A DNA stretch of 64,000 nucleotides from Octopus sinensis (lineage: Eukaryota). Location: positions 63,922,001 to 63,986,000 of the forward strand of contig NC_043010.1 of the NCBI RefSeq assembly GCF_006345805.1. The letters run 5' to 3'. Shown here piece by piece: positions 1 through 12,982 of this stretch. Position numbers and translations under genes: made by a program. A model generated the notes under the pieces. The model saw nothing but the letters and a program-made list of their open reading frames with translations, had not been told where the DNA came from and ran no database searches. Numbering within the stretch: the stretch's first letter is position 1; every line of letters starts with the position of its first letter.

Positions 1-99
1 GCTAAATCCTGAGTTTGCTTCGATGGATTACAATTAGTTTACCAAGTGCATTTAATCTAATTACAATGAATAGAAATTTAGTATATCTACTCTTTCTCT

Positions 100-490
100 C
101 TTTTACTCTTTTACTTGTTTCAGTCATTTGACTGCGGCCATGCTGGAGCACCGCCTTGAGTCGATCAAATCGACCCCGGGACTTATTCTTTGTAAGCCCA
201 GTACTTATTCTATCGGTCTCTTTTTGCCGAACCGCTAAATGACGGGGACGTAAACACACCAGCATCGGTTGTCAAGCAATGCTAGGGGAACAAACACAGA
301 CACACATATATATATATATACATATATACGACAGGCTTCTTTCAGTTTCCGTCTACCAAATCCACTCACAAGGCATTGGTCGGCCCGGGGCTGTAGCAGA
401 AGACACTTGCCCAAGATGCCACGCAGTGGGACTGAACCCGGAACCATGTGGTTGGTTAGCAAGCTGCTTACCACACAGCCACTCTGCACA
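100..490 (-). mobile_element. tRNA-head SINE, family A (CORE-like block plus internal TA/TG microsatellite)
   Basis: Reverse-complement match to the full copy at 19704-20110 (head ggctgtgtggtaag...ggttccgggttcagtcc, block ttgggcaagtgtcttct, tail gaaacaagtaaaagag). Confidence 0.85.
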
Positions 491-789
491 TTTTTCTTTC
501 TTTTTTTTTTATTTATACTTTGAATAAACATCCATGGACGGACCTTAAATAAAGTTGCAAAGATTGCTAACCAGTTGAATGTAGCTTGATGTAAATGCAA
601 TTGTTAGCTTTCTGTGCATTAGGAAACGTACACTGGACAAATTTGAACCAAATAAGCTGAATAACTGACTGCAGGAATAGAAAAAAAATATGCAGATGCA
701 CCAACCCACTCACTGTATTCGTTGTAATTACCTTAACACACACACACACACACAAATTAATAAAAACAGCCAAGTGCAATGTACATATA

Positions 790-818
790 TTCATATATGT
801 GTAATGTTTATATATATA

Positions 819-869
<51 letters not shown>

Positions 870-902
870 ATATATATATGTATATATATATATGTATGTA
901 TA

Positions 903-943
<41 letters not shown>

Positions 944-1073
944 ATATATATGTGTATATATATATGTGTATATATATATGTGTATATATATGTTATATAT
1001 ATATGTGTATATGTATATATATATATGTTATATATATATATATATATGTTATATATATATGTATATATATGTG

Positions 1074-1104
<31 letters not shown>

Positions 1105-1126
1105 GTATATATATATGTTATATATA

Positions 1127-1175
<49 letters not shown>

Positions 1176-1215
1176 ATATATATATATGTGTATATATATA
1201 TGTATATATTATGTG

Positions 1216-1248
<33 letters not shown>

Positions 1249-1389
1249 ATATATATATGTGTATATATATTGTGTATATATATATGTGTATATATATGTA
1301 TATATATATGTGTATATGTATATATATATATGTGTATATATATATGTGTATATATGTATATATAATATGTATATATATATGTGTGTGTG

Positions 1390-1420
<31 letters not shown>

Positions 1421-1433
1421 GTATATATATATG

Positions 1434-1464
<31 letters not shown>

Positions 1465-1492
1465 GTGTATATGTATATATATATATTTATGT

Positions 1493-1578
<86 letters not shown>

Positions 1579-1610
1579 CATGCGCACACGCATATATATA
1601 TGTGTATGTA
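790..1610. repeat. Degenerate (TA)n/(TG)n microsatellite array
   Basis: Directly visible alternating TA with TG interruptions. Confidence 0.97.
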
Positions 1611-1713
1611 TGTAGGTGTGAGGGAGAGAGAGAGCGAGCGAGGGCGTAAACTTGTATTACTGCTCTCAGCCGGTTTGAAGAAGGAATGGTAGAGTGTGTT
1701 ATCCAGAACAGTC

Positions 1714-1727
1714 GTTGTCATGGCTAC
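1714..1727. promoter_or_regulatory. Possible RFX X-box (GTTGTCATGGCTAC)
   Basis: Near match to the palindromic X-box GTTNCC-AT-GGNAAC, inside a short GC-rich island between two microsatellite arrays. Confidence 0.2.
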
Positions 1728-1999
1728 GCATGTACCTCCCTCCCTCCTCACTCCTCCCGCCACCCCCACCCCCACCCCGAATGTTCCAGTCCTTGCAAGT
1801 CAAGGAAGGAAGGAAGAGGCGGAGGAGGGGGGCAGTGATGGAGGAGAGAAAGAGAGATGAAGTAGAATTAGGTGATTTAAACAAACGCCTTCACTGTATG
1901 TATTTCAGACATGTCTGTCTGTCTGTCTGTCTGTCTGTTTTTCTTGGTTGAATGTAGTGGTGGTGGTGGTGATGGTGGTTGTGGTAGAGGGGATAGAGA

Positions 2000-2059
<60 letters not shown>

Positions 2060-2209
2060 ACGAGAGAGAAGAAGAAGAAGAAGAAGAAAAAAGAGAAATG
2101 CAGTTTTCTGAAAACAAACACACAGAAAGGCTCGCACACATACACCCACACATCCACATTCGTATGTATGTATGTATATAGTATAATGCGTACATATGTA
2201 AAACACACA

Positions 2210-2334
2210 CACACATATGTATATGTATGTATATATGCCTATGGCTGTGCATGTATGTGTGTGTGTATGTATATATATATGTATGTATATATATATATAT
2301 ATGTATGTATAATATATGTATGTATATATATATG

Positions 2335-2382
<48 letters not shown>

Positions 2383-2435
2383 TATATATGTATATATAAT
2401 TATATATATATGTATATATATATAGATTATATATG

Positions 2436-2471
<36 letters not shown>

Positions 2472-2583
2472 TAGTATATATATATATATATATAGGTATA
2501 TAATATATATATATATGTATATAATATATATATATATGTTATATATATGTATATATTATATATATATATATTATATATATGTA

Positions 2584-2668
<85 letters not shown>

Positions 2669-2781
2669 TATGTATATATATCTATATATGTATATTATAT
2701 ATATGTATATAGATATATGTATATAATATATATGTATATTATATATATATGTATATATATATATATATGTATAGTATATAT

Positions 2782-2813
<32 letters not shown>

Positions 2814-2886
2814 GTATATGTATACTATATATATATGTATATGTATATATATATATAGTATGTATATATTATATATATATTATATG

Positions 2887-2921
<35 letters not shown>

Positions 2922-3004
2922 GTATATATATTATATATATTATATATAGTATATATATATATATATATGTAGTATATATATATATAATATATATATATAT
3001 ATAG

Positions 3005-3067
<63 letters not shown>

Positions 3068-3284
3068 TAGTATATATATATATGTATGTATATATATGTA
3101 TATATGTATATATATGTATATATAGGTATATATATATGTATATATATGTAGATATATATATATAATATATGTATATATATGTATATATATTATATATATG
3201 TATATTATATATATATATGTATATATATATTATATATATATAATATTATATATATATATGTAGATATATATATATATATTATAT

Positions 3285-3319
<35 letters not shown>

Positions 3320-3339
3320 GTATATCTATATATGTATAT

Positions 3340-3377
<38 letters not shown>

Positions 3378-3402
3378 GTATATTATAATATATATATATA
3401 TG

Positions 3403-3441
<39 letters not shown>

Positions 3442-3456
3442 GTATGTATATATATA

Positions 3457-3496
<40 letters not shown>

Positions 3497-3820
3497 TATA
3501 TATATATATATTATGTATATATATATAATATATATATGTATATATATATATAATATATGTATATATATGTATATATATAATATATATATGTATATATTGT
3601 ATATATATATATGATATATGTATATATATATATATATGTATATATAGATATATATATGTATATATATATATATTATTATATATATATATGTATATATATA
3701 TGTATAATATGTATATATATGTATTATATGTATATATATAATATATGTATATATATGTATAATATTATATATATGTTATATATATATATATATGTATATA
3801 TATATAATAATATATATATG

Positions 3821-3851
<31 letters not shown>

Positions 3852-3897
3852 TATATATATATAATGTTATATATATATATATATGTATATATATATC

Positions 3898-3930
<33 letters not shown>

Positions 3931-3970
3931 TATATGTATATGTATATATTATATATATATATATATAATG

Positions 3971-4020
<50 letters not shown>

Positions 4021-4170
4021 GTATATAATATATATATATATGTAATATATATATATATATGTATATATATGTAATATGTATATATATATGATATATATAT
4101 ATGTATGTATGTATATTATATATTATATATTATATATATATATGTATATATATATGTATATATATATATG

Positions 4171-4201
<31 letters not shown>

Positions 4202-4436
4202 GCATATATATATATATGTATATATATAATGTATGTGTGTATGTATGTATATATATATATGTATGTAATATATATATATGTATGGTATATGTATATATAT
4301 ATATATATGTATGTATATATGTATATTATATATGTATATATATATATGTATATATATATATGTATATATATATATGTATATATATATATATGTATATATT
4401 ATATGTGTATATATATATATGTGTATATATATATAG

Positions 4437-4467
<31 letters not shown>

Positions 4468-4925
4468 GTTATGTATATATATATATGTATATAATATATA
4501 TGTATAATATGTAATATATATATTATATATATATATGTATATATGTATATATATATATATAATGTATATATATGTATGTATATATGTATATATATAATAT
4601 GTATGTATATATGTATATATGTATATATATATGTATATATGTATATATATATGTATGTATATATGTAATATATATATATATGTATGGTATATATATATAT
4701 ATATTATATGTATATATATGTATATATATATATATGTATGTATATATGTATATATATATATATATGTATGTATATATGTATATATATATATATGTAGTAT
4801 ATATGTATATATATATGTATGTATATATATGTATATATATATATGTATGTATATATGTATATATATATATGTATGTATATATGTATATATATATATGTAT
4901 ATATTATGTGTATATATATAGTATA

Positions 4926-4960
<35 letters not shown>

Positions 4961-4987
4961 TGTATGTATATATGTATGTATTATATA

Positions 4988-5031
<44 letters not shown>

Positions 5032-5436
5032 ATATGTATGTATATATATATATGTATATATATATGTATATATATGTATGTATATATAATATATATATAG
5101 TATGTATATATGTTGTATATATATATATAATATATATATATATGTATGTATATATGTATGTATAATATATATATATTATATGTATGTATATATGTATGTA
5201 TATAATATATATTATATATTGTATATATATATGTAGTATATATATGTAAGTATATATGTATGTATATATATATATATGTATGTATATATATATATATATG
5301 TATGTATAATATATATGTATGTATATATGTATGTATATATATATAGTATGTATATATATGTATGTATATATATATGTATATATATATGTGTGTATATATG
5401 TATGTATATATATATGTATGTATATATATATGTATG

Positions 5437-5471
<35 letters not shown>

Positions 5472-5472
5472 G

Positions 5473-5505
<33 letters not shown>

Positions 5506-5604
5506 GTGTATATGTATATGTGTGTATATATATGTATGTATATATATGTGTATATATATATGTGTATATATATGTGTATATATATATATGTGTGTATATA
5601 TATA

Positions 5605-5650
<46 letters not shown>
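2210..5650. repeat. About 3.4-kb compound (TA)n / (TATG)n microsatellite
   Basis: Continuous TA array with TG, TAG, TAA and TT interruptions; almost no C. Confidence 0.98.
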
Positions 5651-5653
<3 letters not shown>

Positions 5654-6137
5654 TTATATTGTGAGGAAGAGATGAATTGTGTATTAATTCTCACAAAGAG
5701 GGCGAGAGCAGAGTGATATTTACACATAGAGAGGAGAAATGATGGGTGACAGATAGACACCATTACAGTGAGGGAGAGAGAGAGAGAGAGAAGAAAATGA
5801 AAGTGGGGGGGCTATAGATTTACAGTTTAGTCAAATATAGACATAAAGTGATTGTAAGTGGATACCTACGCCATGCCATTTTCAACGTGGTGCCGTGTGT
5901 ATGTGCGCTTTATGTGTGTAATCTTCTGTGACATACGCTTACTTATAATCGTGTGAGAATGAAAATTTACATGTTTCTGTTATGTCGGCACACACGCGTG
6001 CGTGCGCATGCATGCATGCACATATAAATGCATAAGAAACATGGGTAGGCAGAAGGTGTTAAAAAAAAAACTTGTCAAGAAAAGAGCTGTGGCAAGTAAA
6101 AATCACTTTGGTATCAGAAAGTATTTGCTTTGAATGT

Positions 6138-6452
6138 GTGAGCGTGTTAAGAAGCTTGCTTCTTAACCACATGGTTCCTGGTTCAGTCCCACTGCGTGGC
6201 ACCTTGGGAAAGTGTCTTCTACTATAGCCTCGAGCCGACCAAAGCCTTGTGAGTGGATTTGGTAGACGGAAACTGAAAAAAGACCGATGTTGGTGTGTTT
6301 ACGTCCTCGTAACTTAGAGGTCCGGCAAAAGAGAGCGATAGAATAAGTACTAGGCTTATAAACAATAAGTCCTGAGGTCGATTTGTGCGATTAAAGGCGG
6401 TGCTCCAGCCTGGCCACAGTCAGACGACTGAAACAAGTACAAGAATAAAAGA
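6138..6452 (+). mobile_element. Family A SINE, diverged and internally deleted
   Basis: Head, CORE-like block and tail match 19704-20110. Confidence 0.8.
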
Positions 6453-6870
6453 ACACACACACACACACAAACATGTATATATAATCTTCTGCTTGTTGCA
6501 GTCATTGGACTGCGACCATGCAGGGGAACCACCTTGAAAGATCTTTAGTCAAATGAATCACCTCTCAGTCCTTTTTTAAAGTCCTGGTACTTATACTATG
6601 GTTTTTTGTTTTGCCGGACTGTTGATGTTCGGGGGATGTAACCATACCGACACTGGTTGTCAAGCAGTGGTGGGGGACAAACACAAAGACACACACACAC
6701 ACACCAGAGGCTTCTAAGGCTTTGGTTGACCGGAGGCTATAGTAGAAGACACTTGCCCAAGGTGCCACGTAATGGGACTGAACTTGGAACCATGTGGTTG
6801 GAAAGCAAACTTTTTTCCACACAACCGCACCTATGCACTGACATACATACATGCACACACACACACATGT

Positions 6871-7208
6871 AAAGGCGCATGGCTCAGTAGTTAACGTGTC
6901 GGGCTCACAATCATGAGGTAGTGAATTCGATCCCCGGACCAGGCTGTGTGTTGTGTTCTCGAGCAAGACACTTTATTTCACGTTGCCCCAGTTCACTCAT
7001 CTGTAGAAATGAGTTGCGATGTCACTGGTGCCAAGCTGTATCGGCCCCTTTGCCTTTCCCTTGGATAACATATCAGTGGTGTGGAGATGGGAAGCTGGTA
7101 TGAATGAGCAATTGCTGGTCTTCCATAAACAACCTAGCCCACACTTGTGCCTCGGAGGGGAACTTTCTAGGTGCAATCCTAAGGTCATTCATGACCGAAG
7201 GGGGTCTT

Positions 7209-7210
<2 letters not shown>
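6871..7210 (+). mobile_element. tRNA-head SINE, a further family (family C)
   Basis: A-box-like tggctcagtagtta and B-box-like gaattcgatcc, then the gagcaagacactt...ccagttcactc block also seen degraded near 38820-38940 and 46650-46800. Confidence 0.7.
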
Positions 7211-7246
<36 letters not shown>

Positions 7247-7250
<4 letters not shown>

Positions 7251-8530
7251 CAGGTTCCATATACAATTGGAAAGGATATCTGGATGATTGCTTTATTTTA
7301 TGGGAGGAAAATATTAACAAGTTAACTGAATTTCAAAACATGCTAAACAACCTCAGCAATAACATCCAATTCACAATGGACTTTAACCCCAAAGAACTTG
7401 CCTTTCTGTATACCCTAATCAAAAACCAAGATGGGAAAATAGAAATGGCCATATTCTACAAACCCACCATATTCAAATAATACCTTCTTTTTACATCATG
7501 ACACTCAAAACACACCAAACCTGGCAAAATGAAGTTGTACCTTAGTATAAGAACCATCCAAACATGAACAAAAACTAGAGGAACTGAAGGACACACTTAT
7601 CCAAAGAGTCTTCCCTTGTGGCAAAATCACCAGCGGAATAAACAAGGCAACACAAATGGATATCGTTGAATTTGGGAAAACAAAAAGGCAAAAGTAAGGA
7701 AAATGCCTCACAATTTGTGTCAACCTTCAATCCGAGAAACACCAAAATATTTGATCACATCCACAAAAACCTCCCCATTTTATTAACAGATGAAAAAATG
7801 AGAAAAATCTTAGAAAAACAAATTAGTAAAAGCAAAAGGCAGCTCAAAACACTGAAACTCATTCTCACTGGAGGAAAAGCGCGCAAAGAAACCCCCAACC
7901 CAACGATCATAAAATGCGGAAGAATAAACTGCGGCACTTGCCGTTACGTTATTTAGGGGCCAGAATTTAAATTCAAAGATGGCTAAATCTTCAAAGTTAA
8001 GTCCATCCCCACCTGCAAACGGAAAACCTAATCTACGTTATCACATGCACTAGTTGCCAACAATGGTTGTTGGAACGAACAAATGGAACAAACTGCCAGC
8101 ATCAGTTGTTAGTTGTCGGAGCACTGCATCCTTCAAAACTTCCATGCTTTCTGAGATTCACCAACACTACACCTGATTTTCTCCCCTCCATACACACACA
8201 AGCATGTATCTGACTCATACATTGCTCGCTTTCCAGACATTTGTACATTACTGCATGTACTTTATACGCACTTTCTGACAAGTTGTGGTGCACCTGAGCA
8301 CTGTATACAATAATTTCATTATCTTATTTTTTTATAATTACAGTGGTCAGATGGGCTCATCGTTACGCAACAGAATGACCACCCATCGTCAGCAGATCCG
8401 AAACAAAAACACAACGAAAATTCCTTTAAGCAGTCGCATTGTAACCTGTGCAGGAATGGATTTACCTGATTTCAAAATATTTCCCTCTACAAGTGTTCAG
8501 ATTATTTCAACTAACAACAAAGACTAAATA
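7247..8530 (+). mobile_element. Penelope-like element (PLE) relic: RT C-terminal half plus GIY-YIG endonuclease, frameshifted and interrupted
   Basis: WKGYLDDCF...LNNLSNNIQFT...FYKPT (PLE RT motifs around YxDD), then CGRINCGTC, LIYVITCTSCQQ...YSGQMG..LRNRMTTHRQQI (GIY-YIG with Cys motifs). Begins directly at a (TA)n run. Confidence 0.85.
8065..8335 (+). mobile_element. 5'-truncated CR1/L2-type LINE 3' end inserted into the PLE endonuclease
   Basis: Encodes ..KWNKLPASVVSCRSTASFK.. (WNxLP motif of CR1/L2 C-termini) plus a 3'UTR ending in a T/A-rich tail. PLE coding sequence resumes at 8336. Confidence 0.7.
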
Positions 8531-8689
8531 AAAGCAATAAATTAACAAATATAAACCATTATTAAATACAGACCCAACTGCTACCAACCAACAAATAAGA
8601 ACAGAAAGTTAAAAACAATTTTATACATATTATCGGTTTGAAAAATACTTCCCATCATTTTCTAAATCTTTTTTGCAATATATATATGC

Positions 8690-9044
8690 CAAAACACACA
8701 CACACACACACACAAGAAAACATCGCAAAAACACACACACACACACACAAATGCAAACATACATACACACACACATCCGCACGAAAGAAAACATTACAAA
8801 AACACTCGCACACACAAAACACATACATACACACGAAAGAAAACTTCACAGGAAACAACACACACACACACACACACACACGTTTGCACGCACAAACACT
8901 GAAACATATACATACATACAAAAGAAAATATACAAAAACACACACCTCTGCACACGCACACACACACACACATACACACTAAAGAAAACATTGCAAAATG
9001 CATGCATGCATACGCAGGCACGCATGCACCCCCCACACATACAT

Positions 9045-9084
<40 letters not shown>

Positions 9085-9106
9085 ACATACATACATACAT
9101 ACATAC

Positions 9107-9137
<31 letters not shown>

Positions 9138-9205
9138 TACATACACACATACATACATACATACATACATACACACACACACACCACACACATACATACA
9201 TACAT

Positions 9206-9276
<71 letters not shown>

Positions 9277-9280
9277 CATT
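8690..9280. repeat. (CA)n/(CATA)n compound microsatellite
   Basis: Directly visible. Confidence 0.95.
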
Positions 9281-9660
9281 AGGAGTGCCTCAAAGCAATA
9301 TCATATTTCCAGGCTTATTGTCTGACGTAAAACCATAATTAGTTTACAAGTCAATAAAAATCGTTCCTGCAATCAATCAATCAATCAGCAACGAGTGAAT
9401 GATCAAACGTTAATATGGATACCCATCCCGTGCCTATATGCTGCATCCAATAGCCCAAAGATGACAAGGGTTTTAGTGAGCTTTACGGATTTCGTAAGCG
9501 CAACAATGTAACAAAAGCACCAGAAAGCATCTGTACTGTGTGTCGAGTATTAATTCTCAATCGAATTGTTACGAGTAATGAGAAATAGGTAATCAATGCT
9601 AGCAAGAAATATCTATCGCCTAATGAGAATCCAGTCCCAACTCCCGAACCAGATTGACAC

Positions 9661-9888
9661 TTAACCCTTTAGTATTTAAACTGGCCATATCTGGCCAAAA
9701 TAGTTAATCTGTTTTATGTTCAAACTGATCAGATCCAGGCCCTCACACCTACCCTACAATGTTATTCTACATTAAGTAATTACACCATCAAGATCTTGAA
9801 GATATGAGATAATTCATGATTAATTCAAATCAATGGGAATCAATAGGCATTATGTTTGATAGAATAATCTGAACACTAAAGGGTTTAA
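9661..9888. mobile_element. piggyBac-like MITE
   Basis: TTAA-CCCTTTAG ... CTAAAGGG-T-TTAA termini; a related copy lies in opposite orientation at 41916-42574. Confidence 0.75.
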
Positions 9889-10601
9889 GGGGATTTTGCA
9901 GTGCGTTTAGCAGAGAATACAATAAATATTGTTTCCTTTGAATTATTGGAACAAGGGAAAAGCATCACTGGAGAATTTTATTGTCAACGACTTGAATGTG
10001 TCAATCATGTTTTGCTAAAAGGAAAAAAAAAAGTCGGGTTTAGTCAAGAGAAAGGGAGTAATCCTATTTCTTTATTACCCACAAGGGGCTAAACACAGAG
10101 GGAACAAACAAGGACAGGCATAGGTATTAAGTCGATTACATCGACCCCCAGTGCATAACTGGTACTTAATTTATCAACCCCGAAAGGATGAAAGGCAAAG
10201 TCGACCTCGGCGGAATTTGAACTCACAACGTAACGCAGACGAAATACCGCTAAGCATTTCGCCCGGCGTGCTAACGTTTCTGCCAGCTCGCCGCCTTAAG
10301 GGAGTAATCCTGCAAGATGATGATACAAGGCCACATTCTGCAAAGGTAAGCCCCTAAAAAGATGATTCATTTGGCCGTGGAGCTTTATCTCACCCTCCCC
10401 ACTCATTGGACCCAGCACCATCAGGTTTTCACTTATCCAGGTAACTTGAACGCTTTACCAGTGGAAGAACAGAAGTAGGAATGATGTTGAAATGGTACTC
10501 CAGGCAGTTTTCTCTCCCGAAGAACCTGATTTTGACCCCCATCCAGAAATTAGAAACCTGGTTTCGAGGTGGAGAAACGCTATTGCTAATGATGTTGATT
10601 A
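9889..10601 (+). mobile_element. Mariner transposase relic (C-terminal DDD domain), interrupted by a SINE
   Basis: ..SITGEFYCQRL.., GVILQDDDTRPHSA (consensus GVILLHDNARPH), degraded HPPYSPDLAPSD region, and a terminal ANDVDY (consensus NxGDY). Confidence 0.75.
10066..10297 (-). mobile_element. Meta-domain-type SINE (family B) with a 14-bp TSD
   Basis: Core gcctttcatcctttcggggt(c/t)gataaattaagtacc on the minus strand; TSD AAGGGAGTAATCCT at 10052-10065 and 10298-10311. Confidence 0.9.
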
Positions 10602-10991
10602 TCTCTATATAAAGCTGAAGTTGTCTGTGTATGGCAGGTTTGGTAGCCTTCAACTAACACTATCTCCTCCGAGACCCTGCGGTGCAAGTTGACCAAAATT
10701 GAGAGTATGATAGAAGAAAGTTTGCTCTTCCTTCCGTAGAAGAAAAAATTCAAATCGGACCATGTTAACACCAAAAATTATTTACATAAAAAAGGTGCTT
10801 TTTTTTTGTATGGAAATCCCTATTTTTTATGATTTTTTGACTGCTGTGTCGCCACTTTTCGGTGTATTTCAACCAGAAAAATGTTCACTTAAAGAGAATA
10901 ACAAGCTACATAATGCGAAATTTTTACTTTTCAAAAATTCCAATTCTAAAGGGTCGAAACAAACTTGAGCAACACCGGGCGATACTGCTAG
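10602..10991 (+). mobile_element. Non-autonomous Helitron
   Basis: Structure A|TC...CTAG|T; 5' TCTCTATATAAAG; subterminal GC-rich hairpin-like gagcaacaccgggc about 10 nt before CTAG; no TSD. Confidence 0.75.
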
Positions 10992-11039
10992 TATTTGGAA
11001 TGAATAAATAGACTTCACGAACCCACTTTATGGCGATGT

Positions 11040-11190
11040 AAGAAGAGGAAGACGTCGTCACACATCGACAACTTAATCGCAGACATTGGCCTGGAATGTG
11101 TCCAGGACCTCGAGGCTGTGACGATGGATCGAGAAAAGTGTGGCCAGGTAGACTTTGTTGCTGCAGCCTGGGTAGGTACCCAGCCATAAT
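11040..11190 (+). mobile_element. RTE-type LINE 3' fragment
   Basis: Translates ..DIGLECVQDLEAVTMDREK.., resembling the RTE C-terminal (A)xDRxxW motif. Confidence 0.35.
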
Positions 11191-11195
11191 AGTAA

Positions 11196-11367
11196 TCTTT
11201 ATATATAAAAGAGAAGTTGTGTGTCTGTCTCCAAATTTTAAAAAAATTACCATCATTTTTTTCCATTTTTAATGCATTTTTTTGCTATTTTTTGGCTATA
11301 ACTCTCTAAAAATGCTTATATAGTTATTTCCCTTACAAACCCGAGCAACGCCGGGCGATACTGCTAG
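11196..11367 (+). mobile_element. Non-autonomous Helitron (172 bp)
   Basis: Structure A|TCTTTATATATAAAAG...CCCG-AGCAACGC-CGGG-CGATACTGCTAG|T; its 3' ~30 nt are nearly identical to those of 10602-10991. Confidence 0.8.
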
Positions 11368-11574
11368 TAATATATAAATATTCTTACAAAATGTTTTATG
11401 CTTATTTGAACTCTTCACATGAAATGCGGCAATCTAACCGTGACCCTTCCATAGTTTCAGTAGTTTTTATGAACTATGTTATCTACTATATATACTTGCC
11501 GTTTTAAGAAAACATGAAGTGATTTGAGGAAAATTTGGCTATTGTTTCCAGCAGGACATGTATTGCGAGGCAAA

Positions 11575-12045
11575 GTGGGAGAAGAAGAAAAGGAAAAGAA
11601 GATGGAGGAGGTGGAGGAAGAAAACTGAGATACAGAAGAAGATGAAGGAGGGGGGGAGGAAGAAAACCGAGGTGGAGAAGAAGAAAAGGAAAAGAAGATG
11701 GAGGAGGTGGAGGAAGAAAACTGAGGTACAGAAGAAGATGAAGGAGGGGGGGAGGAAGAAAACCGAGGTGGAGAAGAAGAAAAGGAAAGAGATGGGGAGG
11801 TGGAGGAAGAAAGAGAGAAAGAAAACTGAGGTACAGAAGAAGATGAAGGAGGGGGGGAGGAAGAAAACCGAGGTGGAGAAGAAGAAAAGGAAAAGAAGAT
11901 GGAGGAGGTGGAGGAAGAAAACTGAGGTACAGAAGAAGATGAAGGAGGGGGGGAGAGAAAAAGAAAATAAGAAGAAAAGGAAAGATGATGAAGGAGGAGG
12001 AGGAGGAAAAAAGGAAGAAAACCGAGGTGGAGAAGAAGACGAAGA
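11575..12045. repeat. Polypurine minisatellite, about 4 units of 96 bp
   Basis: Unit starts at 11581, 11677, 11773 and 11878 (last spacing 105). Confidence 0.9.
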
Positions 12046-12709
12046 AGTAGATAGAGAGATGCATAGGCGTAAATATGTAGGACAATTAGGTAGGTGGGTG
12101 AGTAAATAGGTGAATGGGTAAAAAGGGAGGTATATAGATAGGTTGGTACGTAGGATATAGAAGACTGGTAGTTAAATAGACAACAGTTAGACAGACAGAG
12201 AGCCAGGGAGCCAGACAAACGTCAGCATTTAATTTTTAATCATTCTAAATTTCAGAGTTCTTTCCCTTGCATGCTTTGATATGAATTTTTTTTTTATCAC
12301 TGACACAAACGGTTTTTCTTCTCATTAAAATTTGTATTTTTAATTGATTAACTAAGTCTTTGTCGCTCACTATATTAATTATGTTAGCCTGCACTTATCT
12401 AAGTAGACAGATATTTGGGTTGGTAGGCAGGTTAGGTAAGTAGCTATACGGTTACGCTGGCAGAGAATGAAGCAGGTAGATAAAAAAAGGTGAATAGATA
12501 TGAGAGCGTATGTCTTTGCATTAACATCATAGGCGTGCGTATGTGCAGGTGTGAATAGATGCACATGCGTGGCTGCATGTGCATGATAGATGTGATTCGC
12601 GTGCCTCAATAGATCTGAGTGCATGTATGTGTGTGTGATGATATGTTGTGTGCACACATATATATTCATACAGTGTACACACACACATATATATACATAC
12701 AGGCATACA

Positions 12710-12747
<38 letters not shown>

Positions 12748-12933
12748 TATATATATAAGCGTGGCTGTGTGGTAAGAAGCTTGCTTCCCAACCACATAGT
12801 TCTGGGTTCAGTCCCACTGCGTGGCACTGCGTGGAACCGTGTGGCACCGTGGGCAAGTGTCCTCTGTCACAGCCTCGGGTTGACCAAAGCCTTGTGAGTG
12901 GATTAGGTAGACGGAAACTGAAAGAAGCCCATC

Positions 12934-12982
<49 letters not shown>

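Noticed and set aside
690-5763. Long ORFs rich in Y/I/M/C/V or H/T (up to 319 aa), here and at 8638-9338, 13374-14372, 31231-31580, 35289-37023, 44132-44554 and 57135-58586
   Set aside because: They are translations of (TA)n/(TG)n/(CA)n arrays, which rarely contain stop codons; they are open on both strands and in several frames.
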